From Neovahlkampfia damariscottae (lineage: Eukaryota), in NCBI GenBank assembly GCA_016618085.1, contig JABLTG010000135.1:1-55774 (forward strand): DNA of 55,774 bases, read 5' to 3'. The notes under the pieces were generated by a model, which did no database searches, had not been told where the DNA came from, and worked only from the letters and a program-made list of their open reading frames with translations. Shown in pieces: positions 38,158-51,622 of the stretch; the first letter of the stretch is position 1, and every line of letters starts with the position of its first letter. The position numbers and the translations under genes are program-made.

Positions 38158-40093
38158 TTATTGAAATATTTTTGATTCATACTTTTTTAATTGTTCAATG
38201 AATCCACTATTTGGACAAATACAACTTCTTCTTTCTCTCACAAATTTTAAAGCATCATCCAATCTCATTCCTTTTGATTTCATCTAATAAAAATATTAAT
38301 ATTTGAAGAAAACATACAATAAAGGCTGTAATAATGGTTGCACTTCTTGACACTCCTGCTTGACAATGAACTAAAACTGGTCCTTGTTTCATTGATTCAA
38401 TAATAAAATCAATACATTCATCAAACAATGAATATAAATCTGAACTTGATTCATCAGGAATTGAAATTATTTTATAATTCGCAATCTTTCAAAATATAAA
38501 TTAGAAAATGATATTTTTACTTCTTCATGAAATGGATTGATACCATGAGCAACTGTTAATACATTTTTGATATTTAATTGTTCAAATAAAGAACGATTTG
38601 AAGCAGATCTTATTGAACCTAAATACAAATTTTCAACAATCATGTCAGGAGGTGCAATTGAAAAGTTTACATGAGCCTTGAATTGTTTTTCTTCAATCAT
38701 CTTTTTCATTGATTCAGGTATTTCAAGAATTCCATTATCACTGCAACCAAAATGTTCTAATTTGTCTACAAAAATGATGAATTAAAAAAATAAAAATTTT
38801 ACCAAGTTTTAAAATTTCTTCAGTTGGAATATCATTTAAATGATTTTTATCAAATAAAAGAACTTGTAAATTTTTTAAATTTGATATTCTTTTATCAATT
38901 TTTGAGATTTTATTTCCTCTTAAAATTAAATGTTTCAAATCAATATGATTATAAATATGATCATCAAGTGATGAAATTAAATTAAAATCAATTGAAAATT
39001 TCTCAACAGAAGTTGATAAATAATTGATTTTTGTAATTTTATTATTTGTAAATGAAATTTCTTTTAATTCTTTTAAATTTTTTAAAGATGGGTATTCTTT
39101 CAATTTATTTGATTGAAAATTTAAATTAACTGTATTTAATAAATAATTATTCAAGAATTCTTGTGGAATGGTTTCAATTTGATTTTTTGTAAACACAAAA
39201 GTTTTCAATTTTGGTGTTAAATTTTCATCAAAAACCACATTTGGTAAATTTTCAATTTCATTATAACCTAAATATAATTCTTCTAAATTTTTCAATCTAA
39301 TAACAAAATTTGGGAATTCTATTAAATGATTGTTATTTAAATCAAGTATCTTTAAATTATTTAAACTATTAACATCTTCAACATCAATTTTTGAAATGCT
39401 ATTATGTGATAACAATAAAGAAGTTAAATTTTCAAATTTGGTCAATTTTAATTCTGATAATGAGTTATAACTCAAGTCTAAATGTGTTAATGATTTCATT
39501 GATGATAAAATCTTTGGAAATGTTGATATATTACATGAAGAAATTATTAAATGTTCAATATTTGTTTCAATTTCTTCTTCTTCTTGGAATTGCATATTTG
39601 GATTACAAATTAATTCTAATACTCTTAAAGAACTTATTTCTGCAATTCCTTTCGGAAATGTACTTAATTGACATGAGGACATTATTACTTTTTCTAAAGT
39701 TTTTGATTCAACTTTTTCTGAGAAACTAATATCTTTGTTATTTGAAAGATCCAAATTGGTCAAGTTAGGTAATTCTAAAATCTCTTTTGGAATTGAATTT
39801 GACAATTTATTTGATGATAACTTCAAAATTTTGAGTGAAGTTAACTTTTCTAAATTTTTTGGAACTTTTTCCAATTTATTGGAATTTAATGACAATTCTC
39901 TGATGTGTACATTGGATAATTGTTCATCAATCTCTTGTATTGAGTTGAACGAAAGATCTAAACAACTAAAAACTAAACAATGAAGTTCTTTTGGTATTGC
40001 TGTTAGTTTTTCATATGACAAGTTTATTGTATCATTCTTCACTTTTATATCCTTTGTATCTTGTATTGTAGCTGTTGATTCAGTATTTCCCAT
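38158..40093 (-). CDS. LRR + dual-specificity phosphatase
   Basis: MGNTES (myristoylation-type start), LRRs, NLYLGS, intact VHCQAGVSRSAT, ICPNSGFIEQL. Confidence 0.88.
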
Positions 40094-40201
40094 ATTTCGG
40101 AGTGGTCACAAATAATTCACCCGATTTTGATTTTGATTGATCTAAATAACAGATAATCATTGGACAAAATAATCAACGGACATTTTTGAACAGAAAATTT
40201 T

Positions 40202-41281
40202 TTATTCATTGATTTCTGGAAAAAATGTTCTGATGAATTTTTTGCCAGGTCCACCTAAAAATTTAATGTTAAATTTCACAAACCATGATGACACATTAAT
40301 TTATACTTATGATCTCCAATGGTAGTTTCAACACCATCATCATCATTATCTTTATAACTATGATTTGATTTTCCACCTCTACTATTTTTCCATTTTGGTT
40401 TGGTATCATAATAAACGACAGTTCCAAGTAACATCATAGTAATTGGACCCATCCCAACAAAAAAGCTAGAAATAGGTTTAAATAAACTGAAAATAGTATT
40501 TGGATCATCATCAGAAGTATCATCAACATCCAATTTAAATCTAACTGCAACATAATTTGGATTTTTACCTTTATCATATAATCCACCAAATGAAATGTTA
40601 TCATATCCTGTATCATTATCAACAGAATCATCAATTAAATATTTGAACCAAAAATGATACCCAGTTGCATTGTTTTCCTTTTGTTCACCAACGAAACTTG
40701 AAAAATTGTTAAAATCATGATTATTACGTATGTTCAAAACCTGAAAGATCTTTCATTTTTCCCCATGAATAAAATGAAAACCAAAGTTTTGAAATCTAAT
40801 AAAATTAGAAAAATATTCTTTACTTGGTTTTTAAATTCATCTTTTGTGAATTTTTTTCCACAATTTTTGTTGATATAATCTAAAGCAATTAAAAATGCTT
40901 TACTTTGAGCAACATGATTCATTAAAGATTTTTGTTCATTAATTTCAGTTTTGGTAAGCTGTTCTCTGACAGTTTCATCTGGGTTATAATTGTCAAACAA
41001 CTTGTCTAAAAAAAAGAGTTAGCTTTAGATACACTGTATTTACTCATTAAATTGTAAGATTTGTATTGTTTATTTTTTAAAAATTCTCCTGGAGTAATTT
41101 TATTGTATTTATTGTTTTTCCATTCATAAAGTTTTAAAAGGTTATGATTTTCATTTTTTCTTTGTTTCCCTTTTGGTTTATCAACATGAACAATAACATC
41201 ACCTTGAAACTCTGAAGGGACTTTGTAACATGCAAATAATTTTTCTTCATCAGCTTGGTAAATTTTTTCATAAACGCTCAT
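40202..41281 (-). CDS. EndoU/XendoU-family endoribonuclease-like protein
   Basis: LFDNY...ETV, FVGEQK...TGYHFWFKY, KPISSFFVGMGP, and final IRTFFP match EndoU blocks. Confidence 0.75.
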
Positions 41282-41441
41282 TTTATTGTGGTTAAGTTTG
41301 ATTGGACCAAAATTGATTGGATTTTAAACATTGAGATAAAATGAAGTTGTATAGTATTAGAGAGAATGATGATGAAATTTTTTTTTAAAGTAACCAGTAA
41401 AATTTGAACCAATAGAATCTTTTTTTTTTTCAACAACAGTC

Positions 41442-43166
41442 ATGTTCGAAGACGGATTTTTAAATCAGTTATACACTATTTTGTCTTTTATAGGAAGACT
41501 TGGCAAACTTTTTCTGTATTTCTTTTTTTGTAGATGGAATTTGATTTATCAAAAAACGAAACATAAAACTAATTATGTTAACCTCACTGAAGTTGATCCT
41601 GTTTTGAAACTTTCTGGAAATGAAATGGCGAAAATGATAAAAGAAAAGAAAATATCATCATATGAACTTGTAAAAAAGCATATTTTTCACTTAAAAATGG
41701 TAAAATTCAAATTTTTATTCTAAACTTCATAACAAGATTAATCCTTTGTTGAACGCAATTGTCGAAGATAGATTTTATGAAGCAAGAAAAGAAGCTATTG
41801 AATGTGATAAAATCCTTGAAAAAATTGAAGACACTTCGGATTTACCACCTCTATTTGGTGTACCTATTACGATCAAAGAATCATTTGCCGTCAAAGGAAT
41901 GAGCCACTCCAGTGGAATATATACAAGAAAAGATATTAAAGCATCAAAAAATGCAGTTGTTGTTGAACGTCTTTTTAAAGCTGGAGCGATTCCTCTCTGT
42001 GTTACAAATACTTCTGAAGGTTGTTTTTGGATGGTGAGAAACAATATTTTTAAAAAACCTTAGGAATGTTCAAATCATGTATCAGGAATAACAAATAATC
42101 CATTTAATACTAAAATGACACCAGGAGGTTCGAGTGGTGGAGAAGCCGCGATTGTATCGGGTTGTGGTGCTCCATTTGGAATTGGAAGTGACGTTGGTGG
42201 ATCTATTCGTATGCCTGCATACTTTTGCGGTGTTTTTGGTCATAAACCATCAAGTAAACTCATTCCAAATTTAGGGCATTACCCTCAACATTTTAACGAG
42301 CAAGATACATTTTCTACTTCAGGACCTATCGCTAGAAGAGCAGAAGATTTATGGACGGTATTATCTATTATTGCTGATAAAGAATTATCACCTACACCCT
42401 CATCTGTTGATGTTTCAAAATTAAGAATATTGAATGTAGAAAGAATTGATCGTGTTCTTTTAAGAAATGTTTCAAAAGAATTAGTCAAAACTCAATCGAA
42501 TGTCGTTGATCATTTAAAATCAATTGGTTGTCTTTATGATCCTTCAAAACCACAAGATCTCGATTATGCGCTTGAAATTTGGTCATGTATGATGCACATT
42601 GCAGATTCACCTTCTTATCATGAATTAATCGGTAAACCATTTGTTATTTGGGAAATTCTCAAATGGATTTTTAATTTATCTTATCATACATTTCCTGGAT
42701 TGACAGCTTGTTACATTGAACAACTTCCTTTGCTTTCAAAAACTGTAACAAATCATTTTTGTGAAAAGGGAAATACTTTGAGAAATGAATTGAATGATTT
42801 ATTAGCAGATGATGGTGTTTTAATTTTTCCAAGTCACCCTGTTTCTGCACCTAAGCACAATTCAGCAAAATTTATTCCAGGTATCAAGTTTAATTCTTTT
42901 TATTAAATTTTTTCTTCAGTGAGATGGTGTTACACTGCAATATTTAATGCATTAGAATTGCCAGTTACTCAAGTTCCAATTGGTGTTGGTAAAAATGGAA
43001 TGCCTCTTGGAGTGCAAGTAAGACAAATTTCTTTCAAATTTACTTTTAGATTGTTGCTGCTCACGGAAATGATCATTTAACTATAGCTGTTGCTCAAGAA
43101 TTAGAAAAGAAATTTGGAGGTTGGCAATTGGATAAAAAATTCATACCTCCAACTTATTCCAAATAA
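41442..43166 (+). CDS. Fatty-acid amide hydrolase 2-like amidase
   Basis: GVPITIKE, GGSSGGEAA, GSDVGGSIRMPA (amidase signature). Confidence 0.92.
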
Positions 43167-43370
43167 AAAATTTTCAGATAAAAAAGTGAATCTTCGTATA
43201 GTTCATTGGTCAATTTTTTTTTTATGGTCCAACTCAAGTCATTTTTTAATTCATCACTTGTCAAAACTATCTCTTCAGATATTCAAAAAGTATTCAAAAA
43301 ATTTAAAACAACAGAGTTTGAAAAAAGCTGTAATGAAGAACTTGAGAATTTAGAACTGAAAGACAGAGCA

Positions 43371-44397
43371 TAACTAAATCAATTTTGGAGGAAGAATAAG
43401 ATATATTTTTAGTGATAATGAAATGTATAATAATAATTTTGAATATTTACAAGAATCTGTATCAAAACTAAAATTAGAAACTTTAATTAAGGCTTTATCT
43501 CATGATGTTATTGATGTTTCTCAATCTGAAGAAGGACCAAGTATGATATTTGTTTATATTGTCATTCCAAATCCAGATGAAAAATATAAATATGCCAAAC
43601 TAAAAAAGAATTATATTGTTTCTCTTGGATCTGAAACTATTAGACAATATTTAACTTCAAAATATTGGAAAGAAATTATGGAAATAATAAATCCTAAAAG
43701 TAAAAAATTTAGTGGAAATAACACTGCAAATGGTCATTTGTTTGAAATGATTGCAAGTGTTTATTTAGAATTTGATGTAACTTTGGAAGCATATGATAAA
43801 CACCAAAAAAATCACGATTTATCATTAACCCAAGCAAATAGAACTGAATTTCATGGAAATTGGGAAGAATATTTAAATTATTGTTCAAAACTAAATAATA
43901 GAGAACTTGTTATTCCTAGAGTAAAAAATCTACTAGTTTTAGATTTTATGGATCAGTTTAATCGTGCATATCAAATTGCAGTTGGAAAAACTCATGGAAT
44001 TAACAGAAAACACATTCAAAAAATTATTGAAGATTTTAAGTTTAACAAAAATAATCCATTTTATTTATATTTTGTAACATCTGAATGTAATTTAAATGAA
44101 TTTAAATGGAATTATGAAAATGATTTCACCATTGATCCTATAGTTCTGTCAATTGAAAAAAAAACTGCCGATACATTAAGGAAGAAATTAAAAAATACTT
44201 ATAAAGGTTTAAGTAAGAAAAACAAAGAAGAATTGGTGAAATTAATGTTAAATCATAAAAATATTCAATTAGAAACATCTGAAGAAATTTCAAAAATAAT
44301 TGAAGATTCTTTAAAGATATTTTATATTTGTATTCCAGAAAAAGCACATAAAAAAATTGATGAATTAATTGAAGAATTTCAAAAAATATAATAAAAA
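43371..44397 (+). mobile_element. ~1.03-kb insertion carrying a 5'-truncated Crinkler/RHS-like (CR) restriction-endonuclease-fold gene
   Basis: Interrupts the AlkC-like reading frame. Begins near INFGGRIRYIF and ends TAATAAAAA just after the ORF stop. Confidence 0.7.
43423..44391 (+). CDS. Crinkler-like CR-REase domain ORF (N-terminally truncated) with SAP/Rho-N-like helical insert
   Basis: GHLFE, IPRVKNLLVLD, YQIAVGKTHGI, LYFVT resemble CR-REase motifs; KKTADTLRKKLK...GLSKKNKEELV is HeH-like. Confidence 0.65.
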   Translation: MYNNNFEYLQESVSKLKLETLIKALSHDVIDVSQSEEGPSMIFVYIVIPNPDEKYKYAKLKKNYIVSLGSETIRQYLTSKYWKEIMEIINPKSKKFSGNNTANGHLFEMIASVYLEFDVTLEAYDKHQKNHDLSLTQANRTEFHGNWEEYLNYCSKLNNRELVIPRVKNLLVLDFMDQFNRAYQIAVGKTHGINRKHIQKIIEDFKFNKNNPFYLYFVTSECNLNEFKWNYENDFTIDPIVLSIEKKTADTLRKKLKNTYKGLSKKNKEELVKLMLNHKNIQLETSEEISKIIEDSLKIFYICIPEKAHKKIDELIEEFQKI

Positions 44398-45297
44398 TTG
44401 TTGGTTGCTAAAAATATGAAAGATAATTTACCTGTAGACTACAAAGAATCACTTTCAATTATTTTAACATCTATTCCAGAAAAGGTTGAAAATGTTGAAA
44501 TTTGGAAGTATGAAAGGATTTTATTTTGCTCCACATGCCATGTTCATTGAAAAATATAGACTTGATCATTTTGAAGAAAGTGTTGAAGGGATGTTAAAAA
44601 TTACAAAAATATTTACTTCTGAATTTTCTATTAGACCTTTTCTTGAAAATATCCAGAAAAAATGTTGACAATTTTAAAACAATGGACAAAAGATGAAAAT
44701 GTAAGAAGATTAGTTTCAGAAGGAACAAGACCAAGACTTCCATGGGCAAAAAAATTATCTCAATTTATTGAAGATCCAAAACCAGTTATTGAATTATTAG
44801 ATTTATTAAAAGAAGATAATTCTTTGTATGGAAATTCCAGGAAATGTGAGAATATTTCAATTTCAAATTTGAAAGTTGATAAGAATAATATTAAAATGGG
44901 TAATGTATTAAATTTTATCAAATGAAGAAGATGATGTGGAGTTGATGATTGATTATTCAGTTCATTATGTGAAATCAAATGGAAAATTAAATCCAAAAGT
45001 ATTCAAATTATCAAAAAAGAAATATTTCACCTGGAAAACCTTTGACAATAAAAAAGAAACAGAACTTTAAAAAAATTACAACTAGAAAGTATTATCCAGG
45101 TCAACATTGGATTGAGATTATAATTAACGGAGAAAAGTTTGGTAAAATTGATTTCAATTTAAAAGAAGAATAACCTAAACATTGAATTATTCATCTTTTT
45201 TTTTAAAAAATAATCAAAATAAAATTATTTTTAGATTTAAAAATTAGCTATAATTTGATTGGATACTTGAACAAAGTTTGAAACCAACAAAAAAAAC

Positions 45298-47103
45298 ATG
45301 TCGAACCTCTCTATGATTAATTCAAGTGCTCAATCAGCACGTTCACAACAAGCTTTAGCCATCAATATTGGTGCTGGTCAATCCTTACAAAATGTTGTAG
45401 CTTCAAATCTTGGACCAAGAGGAACTCTTAAAATGTAATTTAAAAAAAAAAAACTTAATTTTTTAATAGGCTTGTAAGTGGTGCTGGAGATATAAAAATT
45501 ACAAAAGATGGAAATGTTTTACTCAAAGAAATGGTTTTATTCTTTTTTTTTATTTATTTTTTTAAAAAAAGGCAATCAATCATCCAACAGCTGCTTTAAT
45601 TGCAAGAGTTGCAACTTCACAAGATCAAATGACTGGTGATGGTACAACTTCAATTGTTTTATTTACAGGAGAACTCTTGACCCAATCAAAAAGATATTTA
45701 GTTGAAGGTATGCATCCTTCTGCTATTGTTGAAGGTTTTGAAATTGCAAAAAATGAATCAAAAAAATTCCTTGAAGATTATGGAAAAAAAATGAAAGAAA
45801 AAGTGAAAGTTGATGACGAAACTTTGATTAATGTAGCAAAAACTGCTCTTCGTACAAAATTAGCACATGAATTAGCTGATAAACTTGCTGCTGATTTAGT
45901 AGAAGCAATTAAAATCATCAAAATTGAAGATAAACCACTTGACCTTTTTATGGTTGAAATTCAATCAATGGAACATAAACTTGATACAGATACAACTCTT
46001 GTTAGAGGTTTAGTTTTAGATCATGGTCCAAGACATCCAGATATGAGAACTAAATTAAAAAATTGTCATATTTTAACTTGTAATGTTTCAATGGAATATG
46101 AAAAAACGTAAAAAAAAAAAAAAAAAAAAAATTAAATTTTATAAAAACTAGTGAAATTAATTCACAATTTATGGTTACAGATCCAAAAAAACGTCAAGAA
46201 CTTTTAGAAGCAGAAAGAGCTACAGTTGATGATAGAGTTAAAAAAGTTATTGAACTTAAAAAAGAAGTAAGAAGAAATATAAATATTAAACATCATATTT
46301 AAAAGGTTTGTGGAAATCCAAAAGATGAAAAGAATTTTGTTGTTATTAATCAAAAAGGAATTGACCCATTGTCTTTAGATATGTTTGCAAAAGCAGGAAT
46401 TACAGCACTTAGAAGAGCAAAAAGAAGAAATATGGAAAGATTAACACTTGCTTGTGGTGGTATTCCAATGAATTCAGTTGAAGATTTGGATAAAGAATGT
46501 TTAGGATATGCAGACGATGTTCATGAAGTCATTTTAGGTGAAGAAAAATATACATTTGTTGAAGGTGTTAAAAACCCACACAGTTGTACAATTTTAATTA
46601 GAGCTTCAAATAAACATGCAATTCAACAAATTAAAGATGCTATTAGAGATGGTTTACGTGCTATTAAAAATGCTATTGAAGACGAATGTGTTATTCCAGG
46701 TGCAGGTGCTTTTGAAGTTGCTCTTTCTGCACATTTACAAGAATTTTCAAAAAAAGTAAAAGGAAAAGCTCAAGTTGGTGTTAAATGTTTTGCTGATGCT
46801 CTTTTAATCATTCCAAAAGTACTTGCTAAAAATTCAGGTCTTGACGCTTTAGATGCTATTCTTAACTTGGAACAAGAAAATGAATCTGGAAATGTTTCTG
46901 GTCTTGATATCTTTACAGGTGATGCTATAGATCCAATACAAGAAGGAATTTTTGATAACTTTATTGTTAAAAAACAATTTTTAGAATCAAGTGCATTCAC
47001 TGCTTCACAACTTTTATATGTTGATGAAATTTTAAGTGCTGGTAAATCTCAAAAAGGTGGTGAAGGAGCACCACAAATGCCAGGAATGCCAGGAATGGAA
47101 TAA
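45298..47103 (+). CDS. CCT6: Chaperonin CCT zeta subunit
   Basis: [56 protein letters not shown]. Confidence 0.97.
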
Positions 47104-47149
47104 GTTTATCAAAAAAAAAAAAAGTGAAAAATTAAAAATTTTGAATTTA

Positions 47150-48775
47150 TTATTTTTTCTTTTTTTTTTCTTCTTCTAAATTTTCTTCATCACTATCACC
47201 ACTCAATTTTCTTTTTTTTGCTGTTGTTTTTTTCTTTTTTTTTGAATCAACTTTTCCTTCTTCTTTTGTGTCTTCTTGTTTAATTGGAAATATTGGTAAG
47301 TAATATTCATCTTCACTGACATCAGAATCAAAGAATTCACTCTTTTCACATATTGTAATATTGATATTTGTCTCTTCTTCATCGTCTAATTTTTTTGATT
47401 CAAGATTAATTTCTGTATTTTCATCTTTCTAAATATTTGAAACATAAAAATAATAAAAAAACTTACCACATCAAATTCATCTTCTTTCTCTACATAAAAT
47501 TCATTTTCTTCCATTTCAAGAAAATCAGGAGCGAATGCACTCCAATTTTCTTTATAATTTCTACCCCAAAATGTTAATTGACCTGTTATTGTTGATGAAA
47601 CTAAAATTGCTTGATATGGATGATACTATTAATTAAAAAAGTTAAAAAATAATTTTACATCAAAACAAAGAATTTGATTTTTAGCATTTTCTAATTCTTT
47701 AACAAATGTTCCTATTTATATTAAAATTATAAAAATAAAACCTGTAACTCTATCCCAAATTGATATTTTACTTCCAGAACTTGCTATTAAATAATCAGAA
47801 TCCCATTCATGATCTGTAATTACAGTTTTACCACTAAATCCACAAAAACCATATCTAACAGAATTAATAACATCTTTAAATTCTCTTAATATTTCATTTG
47901 TTTCTGAATCAAATAATCTTATTTTTTCACCACAAAGTACCGAATAATATTTTCCTCTTTTACTGAACGTTATCAAATCTACTGCATCAACACCTTTTCC
48001 AGAACCTCCTGAAATATAAAAAGAATGAATAACTTTTAATTCTTTAGTTTTTTCATCAAAAGAAATAATAGTAATCAAACCAAGTGAATTTCCAATATAA
48101 ATTTTATCTCCTTTTTTATTCCAAGTTCCAACAATAATTTCTTCTTGTGGTTTCTTTTTTCCTTTTGAAATCTTTTTTTTATTATTAAAAAAATAAAAAA
48201 AAAGATTACTAATGGTTCTCTTCTTGTGATTGGTAATAAATATTTTTTTTCAGTTTTTAAATCAATTACACAAGCAATTTCAGAATATGGAAATACAATA
48301 CAAATATCATCAATTCTTGGATTTGCTTGACTTAAAAGTATAGCTGATTCAAAATTATAAACACTTTCGATTTTTGGTTCGTCTAAACTCCATAAAATAA
48401 CTTTACAATCATATGAACTTGTTAATACTTTTGATCCACCATTACACCATGTTATTGTTGAGATACAACCAAAATGTCCTTCTTCTTTAGCTTTTATTCC
48501 TTTTTTTAATATTCTGACTTCACTTTTTGTTTCTGTATCAATTATTTTACAATTTCCATCATGTTGTCCAAGTGCTAATAAATTTCCTTTTCTATTAAAT
48601 TTTAAAAAAGTTCCAGTTGTATTATTTTTTAGTTCAACAGCTTTTTGAAAAAGATTAAATTTTTTTATTTCAATTTACAATATTCAAGATTCTCTGGGTA
48701 TGCTTGAAAGTATTCATTTGGATCTAAAGAAATTAAATCTTCTATTTCTGACTTACCTAAAAATTGTTGATTCAT
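47150..48775 (-). CDS. RBBP5: RBBP5/Swd1 WD40 COMPASS subunit
   Basis: WD40 repeats followed by NWSAFAPDFLEMEENEFYVEKEDEFD. Confidence 0.9.
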
Positions 48776-48915
48776 TTGACCAATGAAAGTTAAAAAATTA
48801 AATGGTAAATTTTCACTCTAAAAAAATCTATATTCGTAAATTATTGCAAAATATTTGTGAGTACAACATTGGAATATAAATATCATATGATTGGTCAAAC
48901 AAACATTGACAAATC

Positions 48916-50656
48916 ATGAGCGAAACCTTCAACTCACTCATTGACAAACTTAAAGAATTCTATGATTCACAAACAAATTTACAATTGGTAGAACATGCTA
49001 TTTGTGGTATTGCTGCATACAAATTAGCTTGCAAAATCTTAACAACAAACTGGAAAAATCAAATCTTGTCAGCTGTCAACACTCTCCCAATGACAGAAAA
49101 ACTTCTTGAAGACGAACTTGATAGACAAGCAAAACAACAAGTTATTGAAATGATTGAAAAAAAAAAAAAGTCAAGTGATGAAATAGTTTATAACAAATTA
49201 CCTGAACACGGTTTAGAAAAAGAAAAAATCATGGAACTTTTGAAAGCAATGAAAAAAGATGATATTAATCCAAAAGATGGAAAGAGTTGGGCTTATGTTT
49301 ATTCAACTGAAAACAAAGAACATCATGAAATGGTCAATGAAGCTCATTCTTTATTTTTAGAAACAAATGCTTTAAATCCAATGGCTTTTAATTCTTTAAG
49401 AAAAATGGAAAATGAAATTGTTAAAATGTCAATTGATATGATGCATGGTGATAAAGATACAGTTGGTTCAGTAACAACAGGTGGTACAGAATCAATTCTT
49501 TGTGCAATTAAAACATACAGGGATAGAGCAAGAAAATTAACACCACATATTAAAAATCCAGAAGTAATTCTAAATTAAAATTCTAACTGATTCCAAAGAT
49601 GATTGTTTGTAGAAGTGTGCATCCTGCTTTTATAAAAGCTTCTTCCTATTTTGATGTAAAAGCAGTTTTTGTTGACATGGACAAAGATATGAGATTTGAT
49701 GTTGAAGAATTTAAAACTAAACTTAGTAGTAATACCATTTTAGTTGTTTGTTCTGCTCCTCAATATGCACATGTTTGTGTTTAATTTTTTTTTTTCACAT
49801 TTTTATTAAGGGTGTTGTTGATCCAGTTGAAAAAGTTTCAGAAATTACAAAGAAATTAAATCTTCCTTTACATGTTGATTCTTGTATTGGTGGATTTGTA
49901 CTTCCTTTTGCTGAACAATTGGGATACAAAATTCCAACTTTTGATTTTAGAATTGATGGTGTCACAAGTATTTCAATGGATGCACATAAGTATGGATATT
50001 CAAGTAAAGGTGTATCTGTTATTCTTTATAAAAATAAAGATATCAGAAAATATCAATTCTTCTCATATTCTCAATGGTAAAAAACTTTTAATTTTTTAAA
50101 TATTTTAAAGGTGTGGTGGTTTGTTTGTATCACCTTCAATGCCAGGTACAAGAGGAGGTGGACCTATTGCTTCTGCTTATGCATCAATGTTGGGACTTGT
50201 AAAATTAATTTTTTTAACAAATCTCTCAAGGGTTTAGAAGGATTTAAACAACAAACTAAATTTATTATGGAAACATGTGATTATATTAAATCAGAAGTTA
50301 ATAAAATGGAAGATTTAAAAATCATTGGAAATCCAGAAAGTAGTTTATTAAGTTTTGAATCAACAAATTCAAAAATTAATATTTTTTCTGTTGGTGATGT
50401 TTTAGAAGAATCAGGATGGAAGATGGAATGTCAAAGATTACCAGATTCAATTCATTGTACTGTTTTTCCTCTTCATGCAAAAACTAGAGAATCATTTATA
50501 TCTGCTTTAAAACAAGCTGTCAAAACTGTCAAAGAAAATCCTGAAAAATATAAAAAAGAAGGTATTACTGCAATGTATGGAATGGTAGGTGCTGTTGGTG
50601 AAGAAAAAACATTAGACAAATTCTTAATCTCATTCATGTCAAATGTTTATCAATAA
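48916..50656 (+). CDS. SGPL1: Sphingosine-1-phosphate lyase
   Basis: TNALNP, TTGGTESI, HPAF, LHVDSCIGG, SISMDAHKYG (PLP lysine). Confidence 0.92.
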
Positions 50657-50657
50657 A

Positions 50658-51538
50658 TTATTCATTCACTAATGTGTCAATACCTTTTGATACATTATGA
50701 ATGTCAGATTCTTTAAATCCAACTGTAATATGATAATCTTTTGAACTTAATCCTAATTTTTTTCTAAAAATTGAAGCAGATTTCCATTCTAAAACTTTAA
50801 AGTATACTTCATTTCCATTTTTTGATACTTTACCCAATCCTAAATCGATAAAATCATCTTTTTTTTTTTTTTAATAATATATATTATTGGTTATTACCTT
50901 CTAATACTTCTGCCATTAAATGTAACATTATTGTTGAATCAGTATTATATTGTTTTTTTAAATTTGTTATTATATTTGAATACTCTTCACATTTTTCTGA
51001 ATTTGAAAATGCTTCTTTCATTTCATTCTTTAATAAAATAGTTGTATGATTTATATTTCCATCTCTTTTTTCTCTATTTTCAATGTATATTTTTGGTACA
51101 ATATCAATTTTTGTTTTTCCAATTTCTTCAATTCTTTTACCAAATATTCCAAAATATCCACCAAGAAATTTAATGTTTTCTGTTGAAGATGGTGATTTTG
51201 AAATTATAACAAATCTCTTATTGTCAGATCCTTCACTTTGATGTGATAAATTAAAATTCTCTGCGACTTCATGAATTCTATTTTGAAAATTAATAAATGA
51301 ATATAAACTTTTTTCTTTCATTTTCTTTTGTGTATTCACTCATTTTGAGTTCTAATGAAGATTCATCTTGTAAAAAATTCATTATTTTTTCAAAAATTTG
51401 TTTAGCAAATTTATCTTTTGGAACATCTTTTGGAATATTTCTATCAATGTTATTAATTTATTATGATTCTTACATCTCCATTTTTGTATTCTTTCCTACT
51501 TTTAGAGGAACAGAAATGACTTTTGTTTGTTTTCCCAT
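50658..51538 (-). CDS. R3H domain + 2H phosphoesterase protein
   Basis: RIHEVAENFNLSHQSEG (R3H); NHTTI and YHITVGF (two HxT motifs); DLGLGK...YFKVLEW. Confidence 0.75.
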
Positions 51539-51622
51539 TTGTTGTGAATTGGTTGGTTGGAAAAAAAAAAAAAATAGAATTTATCAATTTCAAATTTGAA
51601 GTTTCAAATAATATTTACAAAT

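Larger units (their letters stand above)
43224..45173 (+). pseudogene. AlkC-like (HEAT-like repeat) DNA alkylation repair glycosylase pseudogene, split by an insertion
   Basis: MVQLKSFFN...LENLELKDRA (43224-43370) resumes as LLVAKNMKDNLPVDYKESL at 44398. Then [47 protein letters not shown]. Several frameshifts and an internal deletion. Confidence 0.85.
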
